From positions 62,001-126,000 of the forward strand of contig NW_020845546.1 in the NCBI RefSeq assembly GCF_003704095.1: a stretch of DNA of 64,000 nt. The letters are read 5' to 3'. Positions within the stretch are counted from its first letter, which is position 1; every line of letters starts with the position of its first letter. This DNA is from Pocillopora damicornis. Its lineage: Eukaryota. Under the pieces are notes generated by a model, which worked only from the letters and a program-made list of their open reading frames with translations, was not told where the DNA came from and ran no database searches. Both the position numbers and the translations under genes were made by a program. This document shows positions 28,622 to 41,555 of the stretch, piece after piece.

Positions 28622-31600
28622 ATGAGTCGTTTAAAGTTGCGTTGGGCCCTCGTTCGTGTCGCACTTATCATGTGCATTATATTAGCTGTGCAGTTTTTCA
28701 GCCAGCTAGGATTGCTGAATGCGCGTCCCCCGAACTGCGAGCAAATGAAAGTTTTCAAAGAAAGGCTAAGTGTACAAGCAAATCCTGGCAATGAGCAGGT
28801 TATAGCCATACAGAAGGACGATCCAATCATTGAAAAACCTGTCACTAAACAAGATTTTAAAAACGATATTAAGAATGAACAAAGTAACATGGATATAGAG
28901 AAACTTATTAGTGATTTAAAGCGTATAGCGGTGGAACTTTCAGAAACACATCGCGGATTAGCGAATTCTGCGGTGCATTATCATCGAGTCGGGAAGAGCC
29001 TTCAATCTTTAAACAGCGTCATTCAATCTTTGGGTGGACAAGCCGTGGACGATAAAGAACATTCTCTTGGAGATAAAAAGGCTGACGCACCAAAGAAGGA
29101 AGTTTGCCCCGAGAAGTTCCTAGGCAGAAATCTAGCTTATGGATACCCTTATTTTAGAAAAGGTTTCGGTAGAATAAACTGTACAGAATTTGTTCCTATG
29201 AATAGACTTGTGACAATTCTTGTTACGTTACCAGAGGAGCTACCGGCTAAAGATAAATATAAAGTTTTTGAAGGCATCGCAAAACACTATTCAGACGTAC
29301 AGGTTGTCTATGCATCACAAGGTCAACTCTCCAAGGACACCATGACAAAGCTGAAATTGAATTTAAAGCATCACGTCTCTACCAATTTGAACCATGGGGA
29401 GACATGGTCTAAGTTACTAGACGAGGTGAGCACGCCCTATGTCCTTTTTGCCCCGGAGATAACACACTTTACGGATGACATCGATCTTGAGCGGCTTATC
29501 AGAGTACTTAGTGATAACAAGGAGGCGATTATCGCCGGGGGGAGCCATCGTAACCTTAAGGGAGAATGGGACATCGGCTGTCTTCAACTGACGTTCAGAA
29601 ATTGGACAGCTTACTTTAGGGGTGGATATTACCACTCGTTCACGGAGTGCGTGGTGTGTGATGTACTCTCTGGTCCGTTCGTAGCGAAAACCGAGCAACT
29701 CAAGCAAGTTTCATTCGATGGCAAGTGAGTAAGAGCTGATTACTCTTTTTTTTTTTCTAAATATATCAAAGGAAAAATTTGGTTAAGTTAGGTGGTGGAA
29801 CTTAGAAAATGTCGGTATTTTTTGACAAAGGCCTGATTAATCTGTTATTCGCGCGTGAGAAATTATATTATACTTCTCCGTATTTTTTAACAATAACGCA
29901 TGAATGACGATGAGGAAAGAAAATTATCAGTGCAAAATCAAGAACTTCACTTAAGTTTGGGAACAAAAGAAAAAAAAGAAATGAAATTCGAGACAGTTTG
30001 CCCAAGGAAGTAAAGACAGACATTAGTGATTTAAGTGGGAAAAAAACTTTAAACTTTGAAATTATTTGGACAAAAGTAGTTTTTGCAACTTGAGGTGTGA
30101 AAAGAGCTAAAGCAGGTGGTGTACTTTATAATAAAATTTAAACGACGGGTATTTTTTTTACTAGCGGTAAAAGGTTTACGCTTTGGTTATTAGCGCTCTC
30201 CCACCACTTAAAAGCCCTCTTATCGCTGTCTCAGGCTCTTGTGTTTGGTCTTACGGCGCTTTTTTAGGGTCAGCCGCACATTACACGTTTGGCAGCCGTT
30301 CATAGAAAAAGTGATTGAAACCTCTGCTGAAAAGCTTGCGCGGAGAAGTTGAAAGAAGACTTTTTTCCCAGTGCGGGGTCTCATTTCGGGACACTCTTAA
30401 CATTTCTTACCTTGCTCAATTTTAATTGTCTCTTTATTTCCAATGCATTCTTCTTGATATAGTTGAAAATTCATAGATACGCCACCCATGAGAATTTAGA
30501 CGACTTTTTTAGGATCGCTAACTTTTGACACTCATCTGTGCTTTATCTTCTAGGCTACCTTTCGGCGTCTTCCAGGATTTATTCTGGCGTTTGAAGATGA
30601 AACACCCTGGTAAAATCGTGATTAGTTGCCCCGATGTCATGTTTAACGTCTACGATCGGGACATCACAGACGATAAATACGCCGCCCTGGCTAAGAAGTG
30701 GGAAGTGAAAAAATGGGTGGATTCAAGTGGTAAAGTCCGCTGGTATGGTTGCAGGCGCGGGCATTCTTATACGGGCACATCCTCGTGTAGTTTTCACAGG
30801 GGGCTTGGTGTTCCACCGTGTGATCTGGAAAACCTTGCTGATGCTATCAAGTTTGTAATGAAAGAGTGTGAAGACGCTGGCTTGTTTTGCGAACTTCAAG
30901 AAGGAACGCTACTAGGTAAACGACTTTTTACATAAGACAGTTTTTTTCCATAAACTCAGTATAGCTGGTGCTGTTATTTATTTCAGTCCTTTTTGGCTTA
31001 ACAAAGGTTTAATTCTTAGTAGAATTGGCTCAGCTGAGCTGAGTTATGTCTAAATTAGACTTATTGCAGATACAGTGTAGTTAATCAAAGAAGTTGCAGA
31101 TTGTCTCTCGTTTCATAAAAATTTAGGTCCTTGTTGATTCTAACTAGAAGACAGAAGAATTCTCCAATTAATTATTTTCATGATTGAAATGATCACACCC
31201 CATGCTATTCTGCGGCTCGGGATTATCATGATATCCGACCAGGATGCATAGCGCTTCAACCCAATTCAAACTCCTTCTGTACCACTGCATATGTTGATTC
31301 CGTCCTCGCTTGCTACTTCATCATGTTGTTTCCTGGCCTGACAATTGTACTTTAGATTCCTTGTTCGCGTTCCAAAACACAAACTATCATCAAACAGAAA
31401 CTATGAGGACATACGTGAGGTAAACTAGTCTCTCGAAGCTTTGAAACATACTGGCCCAAACAATCCTCTGAAACCTGCAAACCGAAGAATAGTTACCAAT
31501 AGAGCAATTTTCAATTGGTCTCCAAAAAAAAATCCGAGATCGCTTTGGTTTTGCTCTTCTTTGTTCTGTGATTGGCTAAAAAACTCGCTCCTCTCTCTCA

Positions 31601-32390
31601 AACAATCAGATCCAAAACTAAATTCAACAACTACGTGGTACTTTGAGATCTCATTGGCTATTGAAAATATTTTCCATTCTTTTAATTGGCTGTTGTGATT
31701 ACTTTGGTTTCGGTTCTAGGACTCTCGATTGAAAAGCACCTTAACTAAAGTATGGTATGAATATCATCACGACTGAACCAAAGTTATAATAGAGTAAAAG
31801 GGATATATTTTGCAAGAATATAATCACCTTGAGTTAAAGTACTCTTAACTCTCATTTTTCTTATCTCCTGTATAGGTGCAGTCAAATTCAACAAAGTTTT
31901 ACCATGGGAACGCGACGCTGATATAACTTTCCTTACTGGGAACTACTCGGCGTTTAAGAAGCTCCGTTCAAAGTTTCAAGCAGCTGGCTACAGTCTTAGT
32001 GACGATGACGGCTCCTTGTGGTGCTGCGCAGACGGTCGGCAAGCTGGGGGCAAGTTTAGAATAGGCACAACCCGCTGGACTCTAGAACTGTATGGTCAAC
32101 ACATTATGGAATCTGAGACTCTTGTAGCAAACGGTCAGCGGCCGACAAAAGTACAATTTTCTGGACAATGGGTGACTGTAATGCGCAATCCGGGACTTTT
32201 TGCCCGTAATCGTTACGGACCCGGTATATACCGTCACCAGGAACACTGGATGGATATTGGACACGGAACTGGATGGGCTTTTTACAATCCCGGCTCCTTT
32301 TCAACGTGTGCGCAACCGGGTCATTCCGGTTGTCTAGACAAGTTTTCTTCCGATGGTAACTTACAGTTTAGTGATTACCCGTTCGTTTGA
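28622..32390 (+). CDS. Fukutin-related protein (FKRP)-like, LicD-family type II Golgi phosphotransferase, 659 aa. Exons 28622-29724, 30554-30915, 31876-32390
   Basis: N-terminal signal-anchor (ALVRVALIMCIILAVQFF), predicted coiled-coil stalk, FKRP-like stem (TPYVLFAP, CLQLTFRNWTAY, CDVLSG), WYGC...PPC segment, and LicD nucleotidyltransferase motif EGTLLGAVKFNKVLPWERDADI formed across the exon 2/3 junction. Phases are consistent (1980 nt). AATAAA at 32471. One-to-one orthology with FKRP is not established. Confidence 0.9.
31500..31743. mobile_element. MITE in FKRP-like intron 2; related degenerate copy at about 14940-15135
   Basis: TAGAGCAATTTTCAATTG pairs imperfectly with CGATTGAAAAGCACCTTA; internal GATTGG/CAATC motifs. 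Confidence 0.6.
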
Positions 32391-33529
32391 TTTTCGGACA
32401 CGAGTGGCAAATTTACCATCTTTATAATGAATGCTTCTTTTAAAAATGTGTCGTGGAGGAGAAGAAACTCAATAAAATCATTCATAACCCCGGAGGATAC
32501 AGATTCGTGAGCTGATAATGCGCCGACCAATTCTAAACTCCAAAATCCCTCCCCTCAGCCGGGCATTTGACCGTCGTCCGTGCCCGGAGGGTGGGGAATC
32601 AGAACCTTGCCCTCCCCGTAAAGGCTATGCCTAATTTTATGACTAGATTTTAGTTTCTTTTTATGAATATGATTAATCTTTATCATCTGAAACTATTTAG
32701 GTAGCTTTTGTCTAAATTGGATCTTACTTAAACTAACATTTTATCTGCCTAGTGTGGTGTGCGATTTGCACAGGTATATTTTTCATTACACTTGCCAAAC
32801 TCTAGTGAAAAGGAGGAAAAAAGTAAAGACACCGTGAAGATCTATAAATCTAAATGAAGAAGTATTTTGAAAGAGATTACCAAACTTTAGTGGTCTGTTC
32901 AAGAAACATTTATCTCGAAGTGAAGTATATTTTTAAGAGAACAATTAACTGTGTTCCTAATGTTACAAAACACTTTGTTCCTAATGTTACAAAACACTCA
33001 GAAACACCTGTTGTTATTAATAAAGGGAAAAATAACCGTGCTGGCTTTTGTTTTTTTCTTACGAGGATAAGTGTTATTACACTTTAGTAAAGACTGGGGC
33101 ACAATTAATGAATTTCTAGCCGTCTGACTGGCTGAACGAAGCCATTTTATGAACTGTAGCCCAGCTCCGAGCCTATAACCAAGCCGGAGATTATAAACCT
33201 AGCTCCAACAATATGGTGAATGAATTTGTCAGCGAAGAGGGGAAAAAATTGCTTTGAGCATGTTATAATGACATTTGACACCAACGAAAGGTCATTGTTT
33301 CACTGACCTTTCAAACCAAATAAAACTTCATCGGTAGAATTATTTTAGGGCACCTTTTTTATTAAAAATAATTATTCTAACTCGGCACTAGGCACCTTGT
33401 TGACCTTGTTAGCTATTTGTCATCTCGTATTAGGCGCGCCCTGTAGAATAAATGTGACAACCGACATCTTTAGGGAGCTAATATACAGTGCGATTGTCCA
33501 CTAGCTTTCGCCTGATATACGATCTCCGT

Positions 33530-34130
33530 CCTTCGATCGTTACGTAAGTATCTTAGTCATTTTAGGGTTCTCCTTTATTTGATTGTTGCGTAAGTATCTG
33601 GTGCTCTTTTGGGGTTCTCTTTCATGCAATTGTTACACTAGTATCTCGCGCACTCGTTTAGAATTCTCTTTCATTCGATTATTATGTATGCAATTCCTGC
33701 ACTGTTAGGATTCTCTTTCATCGGATTGTTTTTTTAGTATCTCACACATATTCAGGACTCTCTTTTGTTGGTTGTTACGATAATGTATGGCGCACTTTTA
33801 GGATTCACATTCAGGACTCTTTCTTTGGTTGCTACGTTATTATCTCACGTACTTTTAAGATTCTCTTTCATTCGAGTGTCAATTAAGTATCTCGAGCATT
33901 TTTAGGTTTCTCTTCCATCGGATTGTGACGTTGGTATCTCGCGCACCTTATAGGACCAGATACTTCATTCACGCGCATTTTTGAGATTGTCTTACATTCG
34001 ATTGTCACGTCTGTATCTTGTGCAATTTTAGGAATTAGGATTCTCTATCATCGGATTGTTACTTTAGTTTCTGGTGTACTTTTAGGAATTTTGTTCCTTG
34101 GAGTGTTTCGTTAGTGTCTCACGCGCATCC
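33530..34130. repeat. Degenerate minisatellite, about 47 bp, roughly 12-13 copies, running up to an assembly gap
   Basis: Consensus approximately TTTTAGGATTCTCTTTCATTCGATTGTTACGTTAGTATCTCGCGCAC, tandem with no unique spacers. Confidence 0.85.
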
Positions 34131-34148
34131 AGGCCTCAAGACTCCCTT

Positions 34149-34248
34149 NNNNNNNNNNNNNNNNNNNNNNNNNNNNNNNNNNNNNNNNNNNNNNNNNNNN
34201 NNNNNNNNNNNNNNNNNNNNNNNNNNNNNNNNNNNNNNNNNNNNNNNN
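34149..34248. other. Assembly gap (100 N)
   Basis: Run of N. Confidence 0.99.
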
Positions 34249-36333
34249 CCCCCCCCACCGAAAGCCATGTGATTCGTTCCTCTCTAGTTATGCACTTATC
34301 AGGAAACACAATAATTTTTGTGGAGTCTTGTCGAAGACATGCCGCACGTTATCAAAAGAATATTCATATGAATAAATGATAAGATCATCCGTAAATTAAA
34401 ATTTTCATTTATAATTTTGGACATCGGACAGTTAAGGAAATTGAACTTTGAGGACAAAGCATACAAATTTAGAAGTTTTAACGATCAATCCTAATTCTCA
34501 CCAAAAAGCAGCTGCAATTTTGTACAACATCTATTGACATGATTGATTTTATACTCAGGCAAATGAATTCCAAATTTTTTTTTTCAAAGGCACTTTTTTT
34601 ATTTTTCTCTGACTTTCTTTTTTGTAAAACATTTGCAAAGTATTCGAATAAATTCGTAAATTGGTTAATCATTATTTAGTCTGGTGCATTGATCAGTGAG
34701 AGCACAGACCAATTTGTAAGTGAAAACATTGTTTGTCTTTCTAGAACAGCCAGAGACATTTATCTTCGCCGTCAAGTCGCCAGAACATGACGTTGAAGTA
34801 AAAGACCTCGTCTCTTTGGCGAATCACAACGTTAGGAATCAAATTCTTTCGAACTCAGTTAAGGCAGCAAGCACAGGCCACATGACCTGAAGCTATGATT
34901 GAATCACTCTCACTGGAAATCCAGAAATTAGTTCAAAGAAGCCAAAATTTTGAAAAATCATGAAACAAATGACCAAGATTTGAAACCCCTGATGAGAATT
35001 CATTTCGTTTCCTAAATTGACGTCTTATGATGAATGCGAGGAGGCTTTCAAGTGCCAGCTGACGAAAGCATATATACACGTGTGTATGCATGTGGCACAG
35101 AGGCAATCGATTAACTTTTGTTAGAAAACTCCTTTTCTTTGCAGAGGGAGAGTGACAAGGAGAAAAATGAAACTTGCATTGCATCAAAACATCTCTTTAC
35201 TAAATTTACATTTACATATCACTTTTCCAGGCGACTAGGTCAGCTCGGTCGCTCGCGCAAAGTAAAGTCCAAAAATTTCCTTTTTATTGAGGTTCGTCAT
35301 TCAAGTTTTCATCAAAGTCATCAAAGAATGAAAAAGTCCCCATCAGTGAAAACGATTATATATAAAAATACGTGGTTATCCTATTTATTCTGCATTTCAA
35401 TCAATGTTCTTGATTTAATATCTTCGTGGCGATCATGGTACAAAAACGTGGCAATTCTTTAGTATATTCTATATTTCACAAATATTAATCCTCTTGCAGC
35501 GACAGAAATGCATATGAATATAAATGTTAAGGCTGATCTACTCACTTTCTTTCCAAAAGAATACCTCTAAAAACATTTTTGAACAAAGATGTAACACTTA
35601 GCACGAATAATATCATACCTTTTAATCAAAACCCTTCCAATTTATTCACGGGGATGGTTTCTCTGTTAAGTAAAATAATTACCAGCCAGGTCTCTGACTC
35701 AGAATTGTGTTACGTTCACGTCTTAAAAAGAATTATTCCCATTTTGTTTTGATTACGCCGGTCCTCACTCTTGCAGAGAGCTTTTCAGTAATCGCGAAAT
35801 AAGAGCATAGTAATTAAAACTTTCAGCAGGAATGGTTTTTGTTTGTCATAGATTGTTTACTTAAAATTTTCCTTTCCGGAGAAGGTTTAAAAGCGTCACT
35901 TGCTTTCCAATGGCTTGTTCATATGTCTCCCTAATTTGAAAAAAAAATAAAAAAGGGCAACGAAGCTATAGCTTTGCGACATTAGCGAAAAAAAATTTTC
36001 AGTTTTTGGATGAATGGCAAAAAATTTTCACGACGCAACGATAAAACATATGCTTTCATTCCCAGAGATGTAAATTTTAATGGAGATAAACAAACTGCTA
36101 GCAATGCGTGATTATGAAAAGATGACTATTTGGCTCCCCTGTAAAAATTAGATATCGTTTTCATGCACAAAATTAACAAGTAAAATGCGCTTTTTTATTA
36201 CCTGTGCTCGCTATTTTCGAGCAGTTTTTCCTCTTATAGTAAAGCGAACCACAATTGAGCCAACAAATTTGCACTCATGTCAAAAATAAGGGATCGCAGT
36301 AATGTATACCATCTTGATAACATTTACATCTTT

Positions 36334-37401
36334 TCACTCGATGGAACTTCGTTTCGTTGCAACGGTTACAAATGTCCCCGTTTCGCTTTGCGATGACTGC
36401 CTCTTAGCCCTCACATTCATTCTAACATGACCACAAGGTAAAGAACCTCTCGCTAAGCGAGCCCTTTGTGTCCCAAGAAATAATTCCAACAATGCTCGCC
36501 GAAATCGCCTCTGAAGAAGACCATATATAAAAGGATCTATAGCACTCTTTAGAAAGGCAATCCACCTTAAAGAGATTGTTACAGTATGGCTTAGCGACAA
36601 GCCGTTTTCTCTCAGCTCAAGGATGCGGAGCGTTGTATACGGTGCCAAACAACACAAAAACGCACCAATCACGAAGAGAATTTTCCTCGCTGCCTTGAAT
36701 TCTCGCTGACGACTTGATTCAGTGGATAAGGGTCCACGAACAGGTGCGAGATGTATTGCGGTAATAACTGCATGTCCGATTCTGCGAGAGTGCAGCTTTG
36801 CCACGTTGAAAATTTTATAGTAAGTCACCAACATAACAAAGAGCGAAACGCCAGCATTGGCTGCATAAGTAGCCGCTGTGAACACCAGGAAGTTTATGTC
36901 CTGAAGATCAGACGGAAATGTACAGAAGAAATATCGCGTATTGAATTCGTACCAACCAAAACCTATTGGTATGAGAGAGAATATTATGGATTGCAACCAT
37001 ACGAAAGATATCATCGCTAACGCACATTGAACTGTCATTTTGGCTCTGTACTGCAGAGGCTTGCAAACTGCAATATAGCGGTCCGCGGATATGGTAGCGA
37101 GCGTTAATACGGCTGCGAGCCCTAACACCATATTCCAAAACGCACTGGTTTGACACCAAAAGTTACCAAATGGCCATTTGTCGGCCACAATTGCTCCAAA
37201 AGAATACGGCATGGCGAAAACAGCCATAAAAAAATCGCAGATTGCGAGATTCACGATAAACACACTGGAGATGTGTCGCCTGAGTTCCTTGCTCCTATAA
37301 ACCACCAAACAAACCAGGAAATTCATAACCAAGGCTGCAAGAGTCATCAGGAATAAAGACATCGCGAAAGCGAAAACTTCCACGTTTGTTAAGAAACCCA
37401 T
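36334..37401 (-). CDS. Intronless class A (rhodopsin-like) GPCR, GPR26/GPR78-like orphan receptor, 355 aa
   Basis: Seven hydrophobic segments; NLAICD (TM2), DRY, PLQYRAKM (ICL2), IGAFLCCLAPY (TM6), KSAIDPFIY (TM7). Very short N-terminus. GPCR call is secure; the subfamily call rests on recalled similarity. Confidence 0.9.
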   Translation of the reverse strand: MGFLTNVEVFAFAMSLFLMTLAALVMNFLVCLVVYRSKELRRHISSVFIVNLAICDFFMAVFAMPYSFGAIVADKWPFGNFWCQTSAFWNMVLGLAAVLTLATISADRYIAVCKPLQYRAKMTVQCALAMISFVWLQSIIFSLIPIGFGWYEFNTRYFFCTFPSDLQDINFLVFTAATYAANAGVSLFVMLVTYYKIFNVAKLHSRRIGHAVITAIHLAPVRGPLSTESSRQREFKAARKILFVIGAFLCCLAPYTTLRILELRENGLSLSHTVTISLRWIAFLKSAIDPFIYGLLQRRFRRALLELFLGTQRARLARGSLPCGHVRMNVRAKRQSSQSETGTFVTVATKRSSIE

Positions 37402-39582
37402 TCGTTGCGTAAATTAGTGCACTCCGTTTCTATGCTAATCCTTGTCGTCGGTTTTTATTCTAAGTTGATCGAGGCGGCGCAGTTGCATATAAACTCGGAG
37501 AGTTCAATGTTTCTGCAGCTGCTTGATCAAACGAAAGGAAGCGACAGAATCGTATGGTTTAATTTGGACGCCGATGCCACCAGAATCCTTTAAGTTATCT
37601 CCTTGGCACGCACTCCCTCGTAAGTGCGTACTTGCAGAAAACGACGGTTAAAAACGGACGACTTATAGCCCTATTACAAAACCACGCGCTCGATGAATAA
37701 CCTTCATCGTTTCACTAAATAATGAGTGTTACATCGCATGGAAAAAAAAAATTCATCCAGATTTTTGTGTTATGTGACATATTTCTTCTGTACACAGAAC
37801 CGAAGACATCCTATTGGACGAAAGGAAAAAAAGTGACGGTCAATTTGGTTACTGAGCTATAGGGTTTGAAGTTTTTCTATATTGTCTTTTTTAATTAGCA
37901 AAGACTTTAAACCATAGGTTAAAACTGGGCTGAAGAGAATTTGCATAACAATGCATAAGACGGGACAATATGTATGTATTACGATCTGACGTTTGTTAAG
38001 AATAAAAAATCCCCGTAAGACGAAAAAGTGCCAATTCATCACATGCTCGTATGGATCCATCCCTGAAATATAACATAACTATTATTTCGTCTCCGGGATT
38101 TCCCCTTTTTGTAGCTCTGATTAGGGCATTTCAAGGAAAAATTTATGGCAGATGATCAAAATGAAAACTAAATGTGTAAAACATATCGAACGGGTGAATA
38201 ATTCAACCATCATCTTACACCACCTTCCTCGCGTGAAACCTTCTGATACACGTAGAGGATAAAGTGGTATGGAACCTTAAGAAACATGAATTCAACCGAG
38301 TTTTATCGTCGTATTTGTGATGGCAAAAACGTCCAAAATTTCATGTTTTATGAAAAGAAAAAAATACACTTTATCGCTAAATGATTTCCTTACCTTTGTG
38401 AATAACGTGCTATTTGGTGTCAATGAACGACGGAAAATATACGTTTCGCCAAAACTACAAATTACAAAGCCGTTGGTTTTTCAATTAAGTATGTTACGTC
38501 CGCATCAGCGAGCATGAATATATTCCTGTCTCCCCAAGCGCTTTCACCGAGAGATGTTTTCAGCTTGAAATTCAATGTATGTTTTTATTGTTTTCAAAGT
38601 TAAAATCACCAGGTGCAAGTTTTTCACATGCAAATTGTTCAAGGAAAATCCTCAGACGAGGATGCCAATGTTTACAAAGAAAAAAAATACTAATAAAAGG
38701 AATTTCTGTTTTATGTATCGAAGATTTACCGCGCAGATTGGCTTTGTGATGAGATTATACCTTCAGTAACTGAGCTTTTTGGGATCAAACTTTCTATGAA
38801 ATTATTTTAAAATTAGTACGGAATCATTTTCATCCCTACGTGCTCTGATGTAATCCAAAGTTATTACCATTTTTATCTCGGGTGGCAAATATTGGTATAA
38901 GGTAAATGAAGCTTTTAGGCTCGCTCATATAGATGCTCTACTCATGATATCTGCCTTTAAGATCACTCAGAACTTACGGCGCTCTTTCACTTATGCGTAA
39001 TCCTCAATCAATTATCGAGAGATGAGCAACCGAACAAATTAAGTGAAAAAATCGCAAAGAGGAAAATAAGTTGTTCTCATGCGAAAGTAAATTGTTAATG
39101 GTAATTCTAAGTTCGAAAAATTGGTTAATATGCTGCGCAAGTTTTCGTGAAGAAATCGACAAGTTCCTCACGTTTTAAAGTGGTAACGAAGTCGATTTTC
39201 AATTCTACTTTAAGACACAGACCGCTTGATATAACAATTTCCTTTGCAGCATGCCTACATTTTTATGAATAATGCAAAAGCAGGTTCTCGTGAATCAAGC
39301 ACTTATGGGTGGTTGATAATCGTGGTGAAAAATCGCCTTAAATATCCGAACATAATGAAAACCTGATGATTTTTTCCAAGGAAACTACTTAATGAACGCG
39401 TATATCTTTTGTTCACCTTGTAATAAAAGAACTGGCTAACTGACCTCTACAACGATTAACAACTATTTTTAAACATCTTTCAGTGATTCAGTAAAGGTAC
39501 ATTTATGGTTGCGTTTCCGGTTCAGTCATTTCAACACTTATTCGTGGACATTTTTTTGTCAATAATCATCATTTCTTTTTTT

Positions 39583-39777
39583 NNNNNNNNNNNNNNNNNN
39601 NNNNNNNNNNNNNNNNNNNNNNNNNNNNNNNNNNNNNNNNNNNNNNNNNNNNNNNNNNNNNNNNNNNNNNNNNNNNNNNNNNNNNNNNNNNNNNNNNNNN
39701 NNNNNNNNNNNNNNNNNNNNNNNNNNNNNNNNNNNNNNNNNNNNNNNNNNNNNNNNNNNNNNNNNNNNNNNNNNNNN
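39583..39777. other. Assembly gap
   Basis: Run of N. Confidence 0.99.
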
Positions 39778-39862
39778 ACTGAGTTTCTTTTATCTTATTA
39801 AATCTCTGATTGCACTTGATAATGAGATTGGAAGATTTTCTTTTGATCTTCTCTTCAAAATA

Positions 39863-40364
39863 CAGTGAAACCTATAAAGTGTGCCTTCAGTTAAGCGGAC
39901 ATCCTCTATCAAGCGGACACTAGGCAGGGTTCAGTAATTAACGTCTTATATTTCCCTTATAATGAACTCCAAATCAGCGAGCACTTCTATTAAGCGGACG
40001 CGCACACTAAAATCAGTTGTATTTAGCTGATTTCTATTGTTAAAAACCTTTGTTAAGCGGACACCGGACTGAATTGACAAGTGTATGGGATCGCGTCCTT
40101 GAAATAGTCGATTACATGTATTTAATCCAAAAGAGTCAATCGTTGCTGTTATCTTTTTGCATTATTACCAACAAAGTAGGTAATGAAAGATATTGGACTT
40201 GATCACAGGATAGCTTCGTTAACAGCATGGAACTTATAACAGACAAGTATAGAGTAACCGTCGAATGCTAATCGTTAACAAACATTGCATAATTTTTACA
40301 AACCTCTATTTAAGCGGACACTTGTATAGATCTCGAGGGTGTCCGCGTAATAGAGGTTTCACTG
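39863..40364. mobile_element. pogo/Tc1-mariner-type MITE with TA target-site duplication
   Basis: TA-CAGTGAAACCT ... AGGTTTCACTG-TA; repeated internal AAGCGGAC motifs; no ORF. Confidence 0.85.
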
Positions 40365-41555
40365 TATCGTCATAATTTATATCCATTACTCCGACAAAAG
40401 ATGAAACAACTCCCATGCTAACAGGGATATCGTTTGCTCAAGGTGAAAGAATCAACGATCTGATATTGCTAATTTTTTTGGTCCTGGGGTGGGGATTGTC
40501 CTTCAAGCAGTTAAATGCTGAAAATATGCCAACTTCCTCCCTCCCTCCCCCCCCCCACCTTGGATTTGACCGAACTAAGCACACAAGAGTACTTTTAAGG
40601 GGTGCATCAGTATCTAGCTATCTGAAAGGATGGTAGTGCAAGCCCTATAACCCTCTGGTGTTGGTAAATCAATTTGGTTGGGCTCCATGTAAGTAAATGT
40701 CTGTACAAAAGCCAGCCATGTTTTTACTGAGCAGTTAAAAGAAAAACAAATTCCAAAAAATTTTTGTTTACTAAGAGTAGCCTCATGTAAGCAGTGTCTG
40801 ATATATTCTAGGAACATTTCCATATCCCAGGTATTTGTAAAATTTTTTCTTTACTATGAAAGGCCACAATTTGAGAACACATGAAAAAGATTGGGAAGAT
40901 AACTTTGTTGTTTGCCAAATGAAGCCTACTATTAGTAAGTAATTTTTTTCATACTTTGACCTCTGACTTTCCCTTGAAATCCTGTACAATTTCACTTTGT
41001 ATTACTTCAATAATTAGGCAATTTTATGATCTGTCCAATTTTTGGAGAATCTGGGAAACTTTATGATTTCTTCAAGATGTCTGAACTCTCAACATGGCTC
41101 AGAATTACCTCCACCTGCTTGGTGAACCTCAAAAGGGAGTTTTTTCAATTGATGAAACTTTCTTTGCTTGCCAGTTTTATGGGGAAAGAACCCTTTAACA
41201 GGTTAAGTCAGTAGGTATCTGGACTGGACTGGTGGAAAAGGGTAAGTGTCCTGAGGAAGGAAAAATAATTGAGAGCTATTTACTTGGAGAGCAAGCTGGA
41301 ATGCAGTTTCTTTGTTTTTCTTACTCTGACTGTTACAAAAAATTTATTACAGCATATGAAAATGTTTAATTTAAATTTAGATGTTCCCTTTACCAATAGA
41401 CTTGAAAAAATGTTTGCTATTGCATTGACAGAGATGAATGATGGTGAAATTGACAACAATAGAATCCACTTGTTGTAGGCCTCCTTTGTAGATGTGCACG
41501 CTTACTGTGGTGTCTCAACAATAAAAAACATACTTGGCCTGTTGAACATTTTTCC

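Noticed and set aside
33530-34130. CRISPR-like periodic array
   Set aside because: Units are contiguous and degenerate along their whole length with no unique spacers; there are no cas genes and the context is eukaryotic.
36520-36570. Opsin call for the intronless GPCR because of a TM7 lysine
   Set aside because: The Lys is at 7.45, not the retinal-binding 7.43 (which is Phe). The pattern fits GPR26/78.
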